Virus record (IMG/VR): IMGVR_UViG_3300017917_005108
Location: 64,001 to 128,000 of that record
Reading direction: 5' to 3' (one strand)
Source of the DNA: a virus
DNA: 64,000 nucleotides
Shown: one piece after another, positions 28,165-39,078 of the stretch
Numbering within the stretch: position 1 is the first letter of the stretch
Layout of the letters: each line of letters starts with the position of its first letter
Notes under the pieces: model-generated
The model's database searches: none
Told to the model about the DNA's origin: nothing
Seen by the model: the letters and a program-made list of their open reading frames with translations, nothing else
Program-made: the position numbers and the translations under genes

Positions 28165-30746
28165 ACGCCTAATAACTCAAACAAGTCTGCCTGAACTTGG
28201 ACATTTGGTGCTTTGAGCTTCCAGTTAACTGATTCATAGAATCTTTCAATAACAGAGAAAATAATCTTTTCAAACATTTTTTCATGATCTGGTTCAAATA
28301 TGTCAATAAATTCTTTCGGGTAGTAATACTTATAACCTATAATACTAACTCCATATCTATTAGGTTGCTTTACATAAAAATAGCGAACCTTATCACCTGA
28401 TGCCATTTTCTCGTATTTTCTAGCTATTTTAAATTTATCCAAAAGTAAATTATGATAGTAGGCAGCTTTAACATGAATAGGCATATGTTTTGCAACATTA
28501 AAGTTATCACACTGTGCGGCGTATTTTTCGTATCCTTTAATACCCATTACAAAAGCAATATCTTCCACCCCAAGAGTCTTAAACGTTTCGTATGTTTCTT
28601 TAAAAATTTTATTAGTTTCTGCTTGACTCTGTGTCATTAACATTGTTTCTATAATTTTTTTAACATAGGGTTTAATTGGAGTAGGCATCGTAGTTCTAAC
28701 TACTTCTACACCGGTATATTTGAACTTATTACATGGTATTCCCTCCTCATCAAGAATATGTAAAACATATCTCTTTTTCTGTAAGAATAAACCTGTATCT
28801 GCTATTACTTCTCTTTTAAAGTTTAATCTGCAATCTTTAGAATTAAGAGATGAGGAGCCCCATTTTTTAATTTCTTCATTGAGATAATCTTCAATCTGTT
28901 GTACTTCTTTATAATATTCATTGGTTACTTTGCCATGTTTATCTAGCATTTTTAATCCAAGCTTTTTAACGAGATGTTTAATAGAAATATAACTTGAGTC
29001 TGTATCATTATAAATGATGGGTGTGCTCTCTTCAATTTCTTTATCTGTAAGAGCTGCTTTATTTTTGATATAATCTATAAGAAGTTTATTTGACTGCTTA
29101 ATTACAGCTTGACCAGTAAGAGTAATGGATTCAGCTAATTCATCATCACCTAATGGGCTATGCTTATTGCCAAAGTATCCATAAATTGTATTAATGAGAA
29201 TTTTAATGGTATGCTGTTGAATGTTTAAATTGTCTACATGGTGTTTAGTTTCATTGTATTCTGGTGAAGATTTTTCTAGCTGAGACAGTTTTCTTTTTGC
29301 ATTTTTAAGGTGCTTTTTTAATTCTACTCTTTTTGCATAATACCAATCTACTGTTTCAGGAATAATACCTTTCTCCTTCTGTGAGAACAACACCTTTGCT
29401 TTAGAGATAGCAATTTGCTCTTTTTCAACAAATTTTAAAAAATTATTAGTGGTTAGCTTGAATGTCTGTCCATTGACGTGTTTAAGTGTCACTTCATTTT
29501 CATCCTTATCAATAATTGTACCAACCTTAGTTTCAGGAGAGAGATTTAACGTAATCATCACGTTAGGGTACAGGCTGTTAGCATCAAAAGAAACAATATT
29601 TTCTTGAAACCCTTTTACAGGTTCACCTACATAAGCACCTGCATTTTGTTCATCATTTTCTTTACCCTTCTTAAAAGTAGGTATGCGTCTATTACGGTGT
29701 CTTGCTCTAATTGCACATAGTCCAGTAATAACAGATAAAGAACCTAATGCACCTTCAAATGTAGTAAGCCCTGCATATGCTATCATTCTTAACAGCTGTA
29801 GGTATTGTAGCTTTTTTTCCAAATTTACAAGCAAGTTAACGTCTTGAATATTATAATCTACAAACAACTCCCAATTATCATCAGCAAGACTAGTCAGATT
29901 TGTATCGCCATAATCAACTTTTCTCTCACCAAGCTCAGTCTCACCGATAGCGTCTAGTTTATAAGACTCGCGTAATACAGGGCAAAAGCGTTTATAGATA
30001 TCAAGATAATCAACACATGAAACACCCTCGATATGCCAATGGACCTGCTCTTTACCAAACTTACCAGTAAATACAACGGGTCTTATATGACCGACAGGTG
30101 AAAGTTTTTTAGTATAATCTTCACCGAGAATTTTTGTAATTCTATTTACAATATAAGGAATATCGAAAAACTCACTATTCCAGCCAGAAAGAATATCGGG
30201 ATAATCTGATTGAAAATAATTTAAAAACTTCTCTAACAACTCTCTTTCAGTCTTGCAGTGATAATAATATGCACCCTGAGACTTTTTAGTATATGGCTTT
30301 AAGCCCCAGGTAAGAAACTGTTGCTTTAAAGTATCATAAACAGTAATAATGTTTATAGGATGCTCTGGATTAGAGGGAGATGGAAAACTGTCAGGGCTAT
30401 ATGTCTCAATATCAATAAATAATACTTTTAAAGGGTGTTTATTAAAATCTTCATCTTCATTGTTTTTCCAGAAATTGTCTATAAGAAACTGCTGCTGTAC
30501 ATTTAAATTTTCAAATACTCTTGTTACACTATTATCTTTGAGATATCTTGCTCTTTCAGCTTGATTTTTAAACTTCTTCTTTTTTAGCTTTGTATTAAAG
30601 ATACTAAGTACATCTGTTTCAAAATTAGTTTCAAGAAAAATATAAGGCTCAAAAGTAGTATCATAACTAATACGGCTACCAGATTCATCCCAGGTAAAAA
30701 GACGTATTACCTGCTCTCTAGGAATATAGGCTACATTTCTAAACAC
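28161..30746 (-). CDS. 43: Family B DNA polymerase (gp43)
   Basis: 'DIET', 'GWNSEFFDIPY', 'YNIQDV', 'SFDANSLYP', 'KILINTIYG', 'YNDTDS', 'KKRY'. Confidence 0.96.
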   Translation of the reverse strand: MFRNVAYIPREQVIRLFTWDESGSRISYDTTFEPYIFLETNFETDVLSIFNTKLKKKKFKNQAERARYLKDNSVTRVFENLNVQQQFLIDNFWKNNEDEDFNKHPLKVLFIDIETYSPDSFPSPSNPEHPINIITVYDTLKQQFLTWGLKPYTKKSQGAYYYHCKTERELLEKFLNYFQSDYPDILSGWNSEFFDIPYIVNRITKILGEDYTKKLSPVGHIRPVVFTGKFGKEQVHWHIEGVSCVDYLDIYKRFCPVLRESYKLDAIGETELGERKVDYGDTNLTSLADDNWELFVDYNIQDVNLLVNLEKKLQYLQLLRMIAYAGLTTFEGALGSLSVITGLCAIRARHRNRRIPTFKKGKENDEQNAGAYVGEPVKGFQENIVSFDANSLYPNVMITLNLSPETKVGTIIDKDENEVTLKHVNGQTFKLTTNNFLKFVEKEQIAISKAKVLFSQKEKGIIPETVDWYYAKRVELKKHLKNAKRKLSQLEKSSPEYNETKHHVDNLNIQQHTIKILINTIYGYFGNKHSPLGDDELAESITLTGQAVIKQSNKLLIDYIKNKAALTDKEIEESTPIIYNDTDSSYISIKHLVKKLGLKMLDKHGKVTNEYYKEVQQIEDYLNEEIKKWGSSSLNSKDCRLNFKREVIADTGLFLQKKRYVLHILDEEGIPCNKFKYTGVEVVRTTMPTPIKPYVKKIIETMLMTQSQAETNKIFKETYETFKTLGVEDIAFVMGIKGYEKYAAQCDNFNVAKHMPIHVKAAYYHNLLLDKFKIARKYEKMASGDKVRYFYVKQPNRYGVSIIGYKYYYPKEFIDIFEPDHEKMFEKIIFSVIERFYESVNWKLKAPNVQVQADLFELLGV

Positions 30747-30775
30747 AAATAATTATAACTTTTTATATAAAGATA

Positions 30776-31987
30776 TCAATATGTATTAATAGAATTTAAA
30801 TACTTTCTCTCTGAACTATTAACAGGAAAATTATAAAGCTCAAAATATTTCTGAATATTTTCTTCATTTTCAAGCCATCTGCTTTCTGCAACTTTTCTAA
30901 ATTTGGCACACATGTTCATATACTTTCCTTTCTTTGAAAGGGTATCCTCAATACAACCAATCATTTCATCGCCAGTTTTAAACTTAATAGGAGCCTCGCT
31001 ATAGGTGACAAGATCTTGACAAGCAATGGGCAGCCCATAGCAGCAAGCTTCAATATACTTTAAATCACTCTTTGCTTTATTGAAAGTATTATCTTGTAGG
31101 GGAGCAACCATCATATTGACTTTTAGATTATAAATTTTTTCAGGGTATCTGTAAAGCTGTTCCCAAGGGTGAAACTCTACTTTGCGGTCTCTAACAAGAT
31201 GATGCAGGGGTAGAGGAAATGCACCTAGAAATACCCACTGATACTTTTCCCATGTCTTTGATATAACATCACATACATGATGGAAGTCATCATTCTGACC
31301 AACACGATTATCTACGTCAAAGTGAGCACCAGAGCCAGCATATAAAATGCGTGGTTTCTTTTCGCTGATATCATAATTTTCTGATATTCTCTTTTCATTA
31401 TAGAAGTTACCCATCCACCATTTTGGAGGATAATTGGGTATGACTGTTACGTTTTTATTACTTGTCTTTCCTTTATAATAATCGCGCATGAATTCACAAG
31501 TTACTGTTATTTCATCACATAATTCCATTATCTCCTGGCAGTATTTTCTAATACTAGGATCAGTGAATGCAGGCTTAAATTTATTGTAATCTGGAATGTC
31601 CTCACTAAAAACTAAATCATCAATTTCATAAACTATTTTAAAACCAACCTGTCTGCTTATTTCTTTTAAATGCTTAACAAACTTAAGCTGATGTTCTGTA
31701 GCTTGTCTCTGTATTCTTACAGTCTTTACACCTCTATAATAGTTTGGATCTAAAACCATTACCGTACTCCCATGGACTATCATTTTTTGATGTGCGTTTA
31801 AAAGATGTTCTGGCCATATCATTCTCCAAAAACCGCAACCACTATAATCAGCATAGTAGTTTAATGCACGATTTAAACTTAATTCCGGCGGTTGAGGCAA
31901 TTCAGGCTGTTGCTGCACAGGGGCAGGAGCCGGTTGCGCAAAAGGTGATACGAAGGGCGAAGGAAAAGGCAGAGTATTAGAGAACAT
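30776..31987 (-). CDS. GT-B (GT4-like) glycosyltransferase
   Basis: 'SGCGFWRMIWP', 'YEIDD', 'VIPN', 'APLQDNTFNKAKSDLKYIE'. Confidence 0.75.
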   Translation of the reverse strand: MFSNTLPFPSPFVSPFAQPAPAPVQQQPELPQPPELSLNRALNYYADYSGCGFWRMIWPEHLLNAHQKMIVHGSTVMVLDPNYYRGVKTVRIQRQATEHQLKFVKHLKEISRQVGFKIVYEIDDLVFSEDIPDYNKFKPAFTDPSIRKYCQEIMELCDEITVTCEFMRDYYKGKTSNKNVTVIPNYPPKWWMGNFYNEKRISENYDISEKKPRILYAGSGAHFDVDNRVGQNDDFHHVCDVISKTWEKYQWVFLGAFPLPLHHLVRDRKVEFHPWEQLYRYPEKIYNLKVNMMVAPLQDNTFNKAKSDLKYIEACCYGLPIACQDLVTYSEAPIKFKTGDEMIGCIEDTLSKKGKYMNMCAKFRKVAESRWLENEENIQKYFELYNFPVNSSERKYLNSINTY

Positions 31988-32007
31988 ATATAATATAAGA
32001 TTTTATT

Positions 32008-33825
32008 CTATTCTCCTTGATATTCAAGAAAATTTACCCTTTTAGTAATGCCATTTACTTTTTCTAAGAATATGATGTCGCCTGTTGCAGCTTTAATGCT
32101 TTCTTTTCTATGACTAATTACCATAGCGCATTCTTTATATTTTTCAACACGTTCTTTTAATATACCAATAACAAGCTCAACACCCTTTTCATCTAAACTA
32201 GAATCAAATAATTCGTCGTAAATTGAAAAGTTAAAGGATATATCACCTTGTAATCTACGTATATCCATAAATGTAAATAAACATGCTAAATCAATATTCT
32301 TTCTTTCTGCTCCTGAGAAATTAAAATAAGAACATTCCTTGCCTTTATCATCAATAATACTTTCTTCAAAATATTCATTAAATTTACATACACAGTTTGC
32401 ATCCATCTTCTTTAAATAGTAGGCAAGCTTTGTATTGAAAATTTGTAATATTTTCTTTACTATAAATGACTTTACACCTTCTTCTGATAGAACAAACTTA
32501 ACTGCATCTAGTTTTGACAGAGAGCTCTTAATAATCTCTATTTCTTCTAAAATCTTTTTTATCTTATCTTCATGTTCAGTAAGAGACGAATCTGATGTTA
32601 CATTACTAGTTTCTAGATCTTTTAGATCAATTTCCAATTCTTTTTGCCATTTGTTAAGCTGATCTATACGGTGTTTTATATTCTCTTGTTCTTTTTGCTT
32701 TAACTTAAAATCATGAACTCTATTGCGTAAGAGATCAATACCCTGTTGTACTTTCACTTCAAGAGAGTTTTGCTCTTTTTCTTTAGACTGGTTATCTTTT
32801 ATTTCTTTTTCAAATTGAGACATCTCTTCTTTTAATTTTAATTTTTCTGCCTTGATGTATTCTTTATCATGATCTGTAATCGCTTTCAAACAAACAGGGC
32901 ATTTATTTTTATCTGTACCGATTTTTGAAAGATCTTTTTCTTTTATAGTTATTTGTGTTTTAAGAGAGGAGATCTTATCTCTTAGAGATTTTATTTCTAT
33001 ATCAATTTTTTCTAGCTTTTTATTAAGTAATTTAATATCGCTTTCGTTTTTCTCGAAGTCAAATTCTTTGAACTCATTTACTAGCTTGGTGAGTTTTTCT
33101 AGCTCCTTAGTATTATCAGCTTGACGTGTTTGGTATTTCTTTTTCTTTAATTCTCTTTCTTGTCTTAAGTTATCTAATTGCTTCTTTAGAGTGTCTAGGC
33201 TTTTATTAGCTTCATCATATCTTGCAGTAAAAATTTCAAAGTTTTTCTTTTTTTCACTTATGTCATTCTTTACATCAGTTAACATGTCGCTAAAGACAGA
33301 AAGATTAAAAATGTCTTCAATAAATTTTCTTTTTTCTTGCTTCTTCTTTGCCATGAACGGTGTTGTGTTATTGATTGTCATAATAACACAGTTTTGAAAT
33401 ATTTCAGGTGTACAGTCAAACTTCGAAGCTATAAATGAATTGGTATTAGCAATGCTATCGCGTGTTTTATCTTCTTCATTTACGTAGACATAGCATTTAG
33501 AGGGATCGAGAGTTCTTATAATTTGAATATTTTCTTTTGTCTTATTATATCCTACAACTGTAGCGTCTAATATAATTTCACAGGTTTTTTTATTAACGTT
33601 GTTAATAACGTATTCTTTTTTAAGGTCTCTAAGTGTTTCTCCGAAAACAGCGAAATATATTGCATCTGCTATTGTAGATTTACCTACACCGTTGCGCCTG
33701 TCATCTTTATCACGATTTATGCCTGTAATAATATGTAATCCTGGCTTAAACTCTACTACTACTGGTTCATTACCAACAGATAAAAAGTTTTTAATTGTTA
33801 TTTTATTGAATAAAATATTTTTCAT
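32008..33825 (-). CDS. 46: Recombination endonuclease ATPase subunit (gp46, Rad50/SbcC-like)
   Basis: 'KNFLSVGN', 'NGVGKST', Zn hook 'CPVC', 'FSGAE', 'DELFDSSLD', 'ISH'. Confidence 0.93.
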   Translation of the reverse strand: MKNILFNKITIKNFLSVGNEPVVVEFKPGLHIITGINRDKDDRRNGVGKSTIADAIYFAVFGETLRDLKKEYVINNVNKKTCEIILDATVVGYNKTKENIQIIRTLDPSKCYVYVNEEDKTRDSIANTNSFIASKFDCTPEIFQNCVIMTINNTTPFMAKKKQEKRKFIEDIFNLSVFSDMLTDVKNDISEKKKNFEIFTARYDEANKSLDTLKKQLDNLRQERELKKKKYQTRQADNTKELEKLTKLVNEFKEFDFEKNESDIKLLNKKLEKIDIEIKSLRDKISSLKTQITIKEKDLSKIGTDKNKCPVCLKAITDHDKEYIKAEKLKLKEEMSQFEKEIKDNQSKEKEQNSLEVKVQQGIDLLRNRVHDFKLKQKEQENIKHRIDQLNKWQKELEIDLKDLETSNVTSDSSLTEHEDKIKKILEEIEIIKSSLSKLDAVKFVLSEEGVKSFIVKKILQIFNTKLAYYLKKMDANCVCKFNEYFEESIIDDKGKECSYFNFSGAERKNIDLACLFTFMDIRRLQGDISFNFSIYDELFDSSLDEKGVELVIGILKERVEKYKECAMVISHRKESIKAATGDIIFLEKVNGITKRVNFLEYQGE

Positions 33826-34937
33826 TTATGCTTTTTATATAGCTCTTGAGCATACTTGATTATATACTCTTTATCGTTGATATCTAGAAGGTTAACAAAC
33901 TCTTCAATGGCTTTTGTAATATCAACACCGGATGCATCAAAATTAACATCATCTGCAATTTGTATATCATTATTCACTAGAGAATAATCTACAGATATAG
34001 AAAACGGTTTATATACAGAAAGTTTTTTTAAGAGTGTGTCTACATGATCCGGGGCTACCTTCATATCAATAATAAGTTTTACAATATTATTCTCTATTTC
34101 AGTTTTTATTTGTTTTATATCTTTTTGGTCTTTTACTACTGCACCCTCTTTTGTATTAGCAATTAAATCTGTCAATAGTATTTTTTTATGTTTTGGTGAT
34201 ATACTATTTTCAAAAAATTCTAAATTGAGTGTGTTGAAATCAAGTATATAGTATCCTTTAGTTGAGCCTGTATCACTAAAATCCATCTCAAATGGGTTAC
34301 CTACGTATAGAATTCTTTTACCACTATAGTTTCTATCATCTCTTAAATGAAAATGACCTGTGAGGATAAGTGATCCCTTACTTAATAGCTCTTCAGTTTT
34401 TGTACCATGATCACAGGTCTTATAGCTGTTCATCTTAAAACTTTCAATTTCAAAATGGCCAAAGATAATATCTGATTCTTTTATATCTTCTAGTTTAAAC
34501 CCCCACGGTACAAAAGAGCATTTTTTTCCTAAAATAGTTGTATTAGTAACTTCTGAAATAATTGTAATGTTCTTCCAGCCGTCAAAAAGAGCTAATGAAT
34601 TTATATCAGCTCGGTCTTTATAGTAAGAATCGTGATTACCAACAATAATAACTATATTAAAATTTTTCCATATTTTGAATATTTCATTAACAACATGTAG
34701 TGTGTTTACAGCAATTTCATCTCTATAGTGAAAAACGTCTCCTAGTATAAAGATGTCTTTGATATCTTGCTTCTCTAAAGATGTCTTAAGCCATTTAGCC
34801 CAAGACAAAGCATTTTCATGCCAGAAAATACTATTCTGGTGAACGCCAATATGAAGGTCTGCAACACAGCAGACTTTATTGGTTTTAACTGTAAATTCTT
34901 TAGTTTCCTGCGGTGTTATAGTTGTCGTCATCTCCAT
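33822..34937 (-). CDS. 47: Recombination endonuclease subunit (gp47, Mre11/SbcD-like); start approximate
   Basis: 'DLHIG', 'LGDVFH', 'GNHD', 'GHFE', 'GHFH', 'YVGNP'. Confidence 0.92.
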   Translation of the reverse strand: MEMTTTITPQETKEFTVKTNKVCCVADLHIGVHQNSIFWHENALSWAKWLKTSLEKQDIKDIFILGDVFHYRDEIAVNTLHVVNEIFKIWKNFNIVIIVGNHDSYYKDRADINSLALFDGWKNITIISEVTNTTILGKKCSFVPWGFKLEDIKESDIIFGHFEIESFKMNSYKTCDHGTKTEELLSKGSLILTGHFHLRDDRNYSGKRILYVGNPFEMDFSDTGSTKGYYILDFNTLNLEFFENSISPKHKKILLTDLIANTKEGAVVKDQKDIKQIKTEIENNIVKLIIDMKVAPDHVDTLLKKLSVYKPFSISVDYSLVNNDIQIADDVNFDASGVDITKAIEEFVNLLDINDKEYIIKYAQELYKKHK

Positions 34938-35505
34938 TATTGGAAGGGTCAACGTACAGATGGTAGTTAGCATCTTCACTCTTACTCGTCATAATATCAG
35001 TATAAACCCTGTCCTTGTAGTTAGTGACAGTTTCATGATGCTTCTTTTCTTTCTTAATACGGTTAATAAACGCATGAAATGCAATTGTAGTAAAATATGA
35101 AAAAGGACTAAAACCTGAATCTAGCTTAAACTTTTTATTTTTTAATGCTGATACCATCTTTACAATTGCATCGCCGATCATTTCTTCTTTATAGGAGTAA
35201 TTAATAAAATTTGGTGCATAAGATAACCCATGAGCTATCTTAGTGATTGAATCTCCAAGCTTAAGTGAAATGTGATCTGTCTTATAAAAGGTTCTAATTT
35301 CATCTTCAAATTCTTTACCGTTTACATAATGTACTTTTTCTTTTCCTCTTGGTTTTTTACCTTCTTTTAAAAGTTTAGTAGGGTCGGCAACTTTAAGAGC
35401 TTCATCAACGGGAATGTCCTCTGTATCGGTATCTTCCAAGGGAAGATCTACCACATCCTTATTCTTGGACTTCTTTAACTTGGTACGAGATGTTTTCTTT
35501 TTCAT
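34900..35505 (-). CDS. 55: Late transcription sigma factor (gp55)
   Basis: 'HYVNGKEF', 'KIAHGLSYAPNFINYSYKEEMIGDA', 'PFSYFTTIAFHAFINRIKKEKK'. Confidence 0.92.
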   Translation of the reverse strand: MKKKTSRTKLKKSKNKDVVDLPLEDTDTEDIPVDEALKVADPTKLLKEGKKPRGKEKVHYVNGKEFEDEIRTFYKTDHISLKLGDSITKIAHGLSYAPNFINYSYKEEMIGDAIVKMVSALKNKKFKLDSGFSPFSYFTTIAFHAFINRIKKEKKHHETVTNYKDRVYTDIMTSKSEDANYHLYVDPSNNGDDDNYNTAGN

Positions 35506-36925
35506 AAAGTGCTTTTCTTTTTTGGAAATGCTGATAACCATATTGCAAGTTATCAGCAACGTCTACTATTATAAGCTTATCCTTATCCTTATGCAACCGT
35601 AAACCTCTTCCTATCGACTGTAATATCTTAATTTTTGCTTTTCCGCCGCCTGCAAAAACAATATAGTGAAGATTTTTAATATTAATACCTGTGGAAAATA
35701 TCTTTGAAATAGCTACCACAATAATATTATGATGCTCTTCCATAAGTTTTCTAACTTTTTCTCTCTCTTCTACTTCTACTTCTCCTCTTATATAAAACAC
35801 CTGCTTATCGTTACATTTTTCTTTTATGCTATTATAGAGAATTTCACCGTGTTCAATATAGTCAACAAGAATTAATGTATTTTTTACGGTGCCACAGGAA
35901 AATTTTGACAGTAAGTTATTTCTAAAATTATTTTTTATTAGAAAAGAAATCTCAGCTCTATATCTATCAGAAGCGTTTATTAGTTCCTTAGGATATTGCG
36001 GTAGTGTGGTATAATTTAACTGAAGAACTACAACACTAACATTACTAACATAGTTTTCTAATCTCAGTTGATAGCTAGATTTTTCATATAAAACCTGCCC
36101 AATCTTTCCTATTATATTCCATTGATCTAATAAACACTCAGGCATAGTACCTGTAAATCCAAACCTAACAGGCGTTTTTATTATTTTAAATAATTTGTTT
36201 ACCTCGTTACCTCTTCTTATTTTATGAACTTCATCTACTATCAATACATCTATATTTTCTAGCCAACTTAGGTCACTATTTTTGCTTTGTAAAATTCCAA
36301 GATTGGCAATAATAACGTTTGAGGTATCGTTTTTTCCATCTTCTAATGGATATGACCCCGTCCATCTGCGTGTAGAAAAGGGTACATTATAAGAACTAAA
36401 ATCAGTAAATGTTTGTGTTACTAACCCAAGATCGGGAACTATATACAAACATTTAAATTTTTGGCCATATAGTAAAAATAATTTTGTGAGAAGTGATGCA
36501 GCAGTTAGAGTTTTTCCGCCTGCAGTTGCAAGTACTATAGTACCTCTACCAGTATTATACGCGGTTTTAACTATCTCTTCTTGATAATCTCTTAGAGGTA
36601 GTGCTAATTGAACTATAGATGAATTAAACCTATGGTCTTTTTGCCAGATTCTTGATGGTTTAATAACATTTAAAAGTTCTTCCTCTACTTTGATTTCATC
36701 AGAATATTGATTAGTGATAAAGTATTTTTTAATTTCTACTGCTAAGCAGGGATCAAATCTACCGGTGGCTGTAATAGCATAAGTGCGCTGTGGTGCAAAT
36801 CTTCCATAGCCTCTTATAAACTTTGCTGCTTCATTTTTAATAGAAAAGTGTTCTCTAATTTCTTCTAATCTGTCACTAACAAGCAAACCTACGCCTTTTT
36901 TTGCATCGTATTTTAGTTCTGTCAT
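35459..36925 (-). CDS. uvsW: SF2 DNA helicase (UvsW)
   Basis: 'LRDYQ', 'ATAGGKT', 'DEVH', 'GFTGT', 'FSTGINIKNLH', 'QSIGRGLR'. Confidence 0.92.
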   Translation of the reverse strand: MTELKYDAKKGVGLLVSDRLEEIREHFSIKNEAAKFIRGYGRFAPQRTYAITATGRFDPCLAVEIKKYFITNQYSDEIKVEEELLNVIKPSRIWQKDHRFNSSIVQLALPLRDYQEEIVKTAYNTGRGTIVLATAGGKTLTAASLLTKLFLLYGQKFKCLYIVPDLGLVTQTFTDFSSYNVPFSTRRWTGSYPLEDGKNDTSNVIIANLGILQSKNSDLSWLENIDVLIVDEVHKIRRGNEVNKLFKIIKTPVRFGFTGTMPECLLDQWNIIGKIGQVLYEKSSYQLRLENYVSNVSVVVLQLNYTTLPQYPKELINASDRYRAEISFLIKNNFRNNLLSKFSCGTVKNTLILVDYIEHGEILYNSIKEKCNDKQVFYIRGEVEVEEREKVRKLMEEHHNIIVVAISKIFSTGINIKNLHYIVFAGGGKAKIKILQSIGRGLRLHKDKDKLIIVDVADNLQYGYQHFQKRKALYEKENISYQVKEVQE

Positions 36926-37311
36926 GTTGTCTCAAGCTTTATAATTTCTAAAACATTTTTTACATCAAAAGATGCACTGCTTAATGTCTTTTCAGCTTTC
37001 TCTAAAAGCTCTACTACTAGTTCTAATTCTTTTATTTTTATATCAAAATCTTTTATTTCATTAGCATTATCTACTGTTTTTTCTAGAACAGGCATTGAAA
37101 GCTTGACAGATGAAGTTTCATTTAATTTTTTTACCAAGTCTGATTTAAGCTTATCTTTATCTTTTTTTAATTTAGAAATTTCTAGCTTGTGTCTAATTAG
37201 TCGTCCTGCCCACTTATGCTTAATTCCAGGTAATTTTAATGCATAATCCTTAAGATAAAGTTCATCAATCTTAAGATCACTTTCTAATTCTTTTATATAA
37301 TTGTCTAGCAC
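36922..37311 (-). CDS. uvsY: Recombination mediator (UvsY-like)
   Basis: 'DLKIDE..L...ALKLP..KHKW', 'FDVKNVLE'; adjacent to uvsW. Confidence 0.7.
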   Translation of the reverse strand: MLDNYIKELESDLKIDELYLKDYALKLPGIKHKWAGRLIRHKLEISKLKKDKDKLKSDLVKKLNETSSVKLSMPVLEKTVDNANEIKDFDIKIKELELVVELLEKAEKTLSSASFDVKNVLEIIKLETT

Positions 37312-37344
37312 ACATAAATAATAGTATAAGTTTTTTAATTATCA

Positions 37345-37575
37345 ATGATAACGTTTAAACAATATTTTAATGAGCAAAACGTGGCAGGCGGAACAGGTAG
37401 TGTTTTTGGCCCTGGAAATGCAGCTCCAATAGGAAGTACCGGCGGGTCTTTTCCTGCTACAGGTGATACAGCTTTTGCACCAGGTGATTATAGGCTGCCA
37501 AAAATACTTGGAGCTAAAACATTAAAGAAAAAGAAGAAGTCTTATATTCAGAGAAGACCTTTTATTGGTGTATAG
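37345..37575 (+). CDS. Small Gly-rich protein with a CTS-like N-terminus
   Basis: Starts MITFKQYFNE; basic tail. Confidence 0.65.
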   Translation: MITFKQYFNEQNVAGGTGSVFGPGNAAPIGSTGGSFPATGDTAFAPGDYRLPKILGAKTLKKKKKSYIQRRPFIGV

Positions 37576-37592
37576 GTTGTCTAAATAGACTT

Positions 37593-38006
37593 GTGGATAC
37601 AGGTCATTGGTTACTAAGAGAAGGAGTTAAAATAGATGAGAATACTTTTGGCTTTATATATGAAATTATAAACAAAATAAATGGAAAGAAGTATATTGGA
37701 AAAAAGCAGTGTAAATCTAAGTTAAAAAGAAAGCCATTAAAGGGTAAGAAGAATAAGAGAATAGAAATAAAAGAATCTGATTGGAAGGATTATACTTCTT
37801 CATCTAAAGAATTAAATGAAGATATACAAAAATACGGAAAAGAAAATTTTGAATTTATTATTATAAGAGAATGCGGTTCAAAGTGGGAATTGGCTTATTT
37901 TGAAATAAAAGAACAGATTGAAAAAAATGTTTTAATGAAGGATGATTATTATAATGGTATAATAAATGTTCGAATTGGAAGGCCGCCGAAGAAATTTCTT
38001 GATTAG
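37593..38006 (+). CDS. GIY-YIG-family (Seg-like) endonuclease, catalytic domain only
   Basis: 'GFIYEI...KKYIGKK', 'ESDWKDYTSSS', 'E...Q', 'YYNG'. Confidence 0.8.
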   Translation: MDTGHWLLREGVKIDENTFGFIYEIINKINGKKYIGKKQCKSKLKRKPLKGKKNKRIEIKESDWKDYTSSSKELNEDIQKYGKENFEFIIIRECGSKWELAYFEIKEQIEKNVLMKDDYYNGIINVRIGRPPKKFLD

Positions 38007-38032
38007 GTTAAAGAGGTATTCCATAATACAAT

Positions 38033-38596
38033 ATGCTAAAAGATCTTTTGCTGAAAGAATATAACATTCATATTATAAATTTTAGCTACATTTTTAATAA
38101 CTATATAGAAAAAGATTTGTTAGATGATCTTTATAAGTATGAGCTGTTAGGTGAGAAAAAAGATAAAACTATAAAGCGTTTGTTTTTTCATCATACAATT
38201 TTTAACTTATGTAATTATTTGCTAAAAAATAGTGGTAGAGAAAAGATTGTTGTGTTTTTTGATAGTAATAATGTTTACGATAGTAATATAGCAAAATATA
38301 TGAGTGAAGAGAAGGTAAAAAAGTATTTAGAAATGGTAGTTAAGAAAATAAAAACTATATTGCCTATAAGACTGTTTCACTCAACTTTTACATTTGATTA
38401 TTTTGTATTTAAATTTCTTAAAAAAGATGGTATAGGTAAAGAAACCCTATTTAAAATAAAGAAAGTTATAGATATCAGTGATTTTAATAAGTTTACATTT
38501 GAAAAATGTAAGAAGTTTACTAAAAAAGAAGGTTTATTATTTTTAGATAAACATTATTTTAATACACTCAAATCTAAACAATTACTGCTTGTTTAA
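38033..38596 (+). CDS. Hypothetical protein
   Basis: ORF; TTGATT-N17-CATAAT upstream. Confidence 0.6.
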   Translation: MLKDLLLKEYNIHIINFSYIFNNYIEKDLLDDLYKYELLGEKKDKTIKRLFFHHTIFNLCNYLLKNSGREKIVVFFDSNNVYDSNIAKYMSEEKVKKYLEMVVKKIKTILPIRLFHSTFTFDYFVFKFLKKDGIGKETLFKIKKVIDISDFNKFTFEKCKKFTKKEGLLFLDKHYFNTLKSKQLLLV

Positions 38597-38607
38597 TAAA
38601 TACTTCT

Positions 38608-39078
38608 ATGGGATTTAAAGAAAAGCTTAACGAGTATGTTCTCTCTCTAGAACAAGATAATGCTCAACCAGTTGGACAGCCTCAACAGCAAGATGCTACA
38701 CAGCCTGTTACACAACAAATACCAGTTCCGATGCCAAAGAAAGGTGAAGAAAGTGGCACACAAAAAGTGGCACCCGAGGGATACGTTGAATTAGTGAGAT
38801 TACTAGCAAAAGCTCTTGTTATGAATGTTCCACCGGAGTCTATTGATCAACTTTTTTCAACTGATATAAGTAAAGAAAATGCAGAAGCTGTTGCACAAGG
38901 TCTCCAGGATCTTATAGCAACTACTGGTAATTTTAAAGATAATCCAGAAAGAACAGAAAATAAAAACTTTTTAAAATTCTATAATTCTATTAATGAAAAT
39001 AATTTTTATTCAAAAATGAAGACTATTATTTCTGCAATGAAGAAATATAGTAAAGATGTAGACATTAATTTAAAATGA
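38608..39078 (+). CDS. Hypothetical late protein, first gene of a late operon
   Basis: TAAATA at 38597-38602; Gln/Pro-rich N-terminus. Confidence 0.7.
   Translation: MGFKEKLNEYVLSLEQDNAQPVGQPQQQDATQPVTQQIPVPMPKKGEESGTQKVAPEGYVELVRLLAKALVMNVPPESIDQLFSTDISKENAEAVAQGLQDLIATTGNFKDNPERTENKNFLKFYNSINENNFYSKMKTIISAMKKYSKDVDINLK

Noticed and set aside
6240-36925. Inteins or introns in the terminase, helicases, polymerase or UvsX
   Set aside because: Lengths and motif spacing look normal, and no intein-type junction or LAGLIDADG block was evident.
37593-38006. GIY-YIG gene as an intron-encoded mobile homing endonuclease
   Set aside because: It is free-standing, has only the catalytic domain and its own late box, and interrupts no gene.
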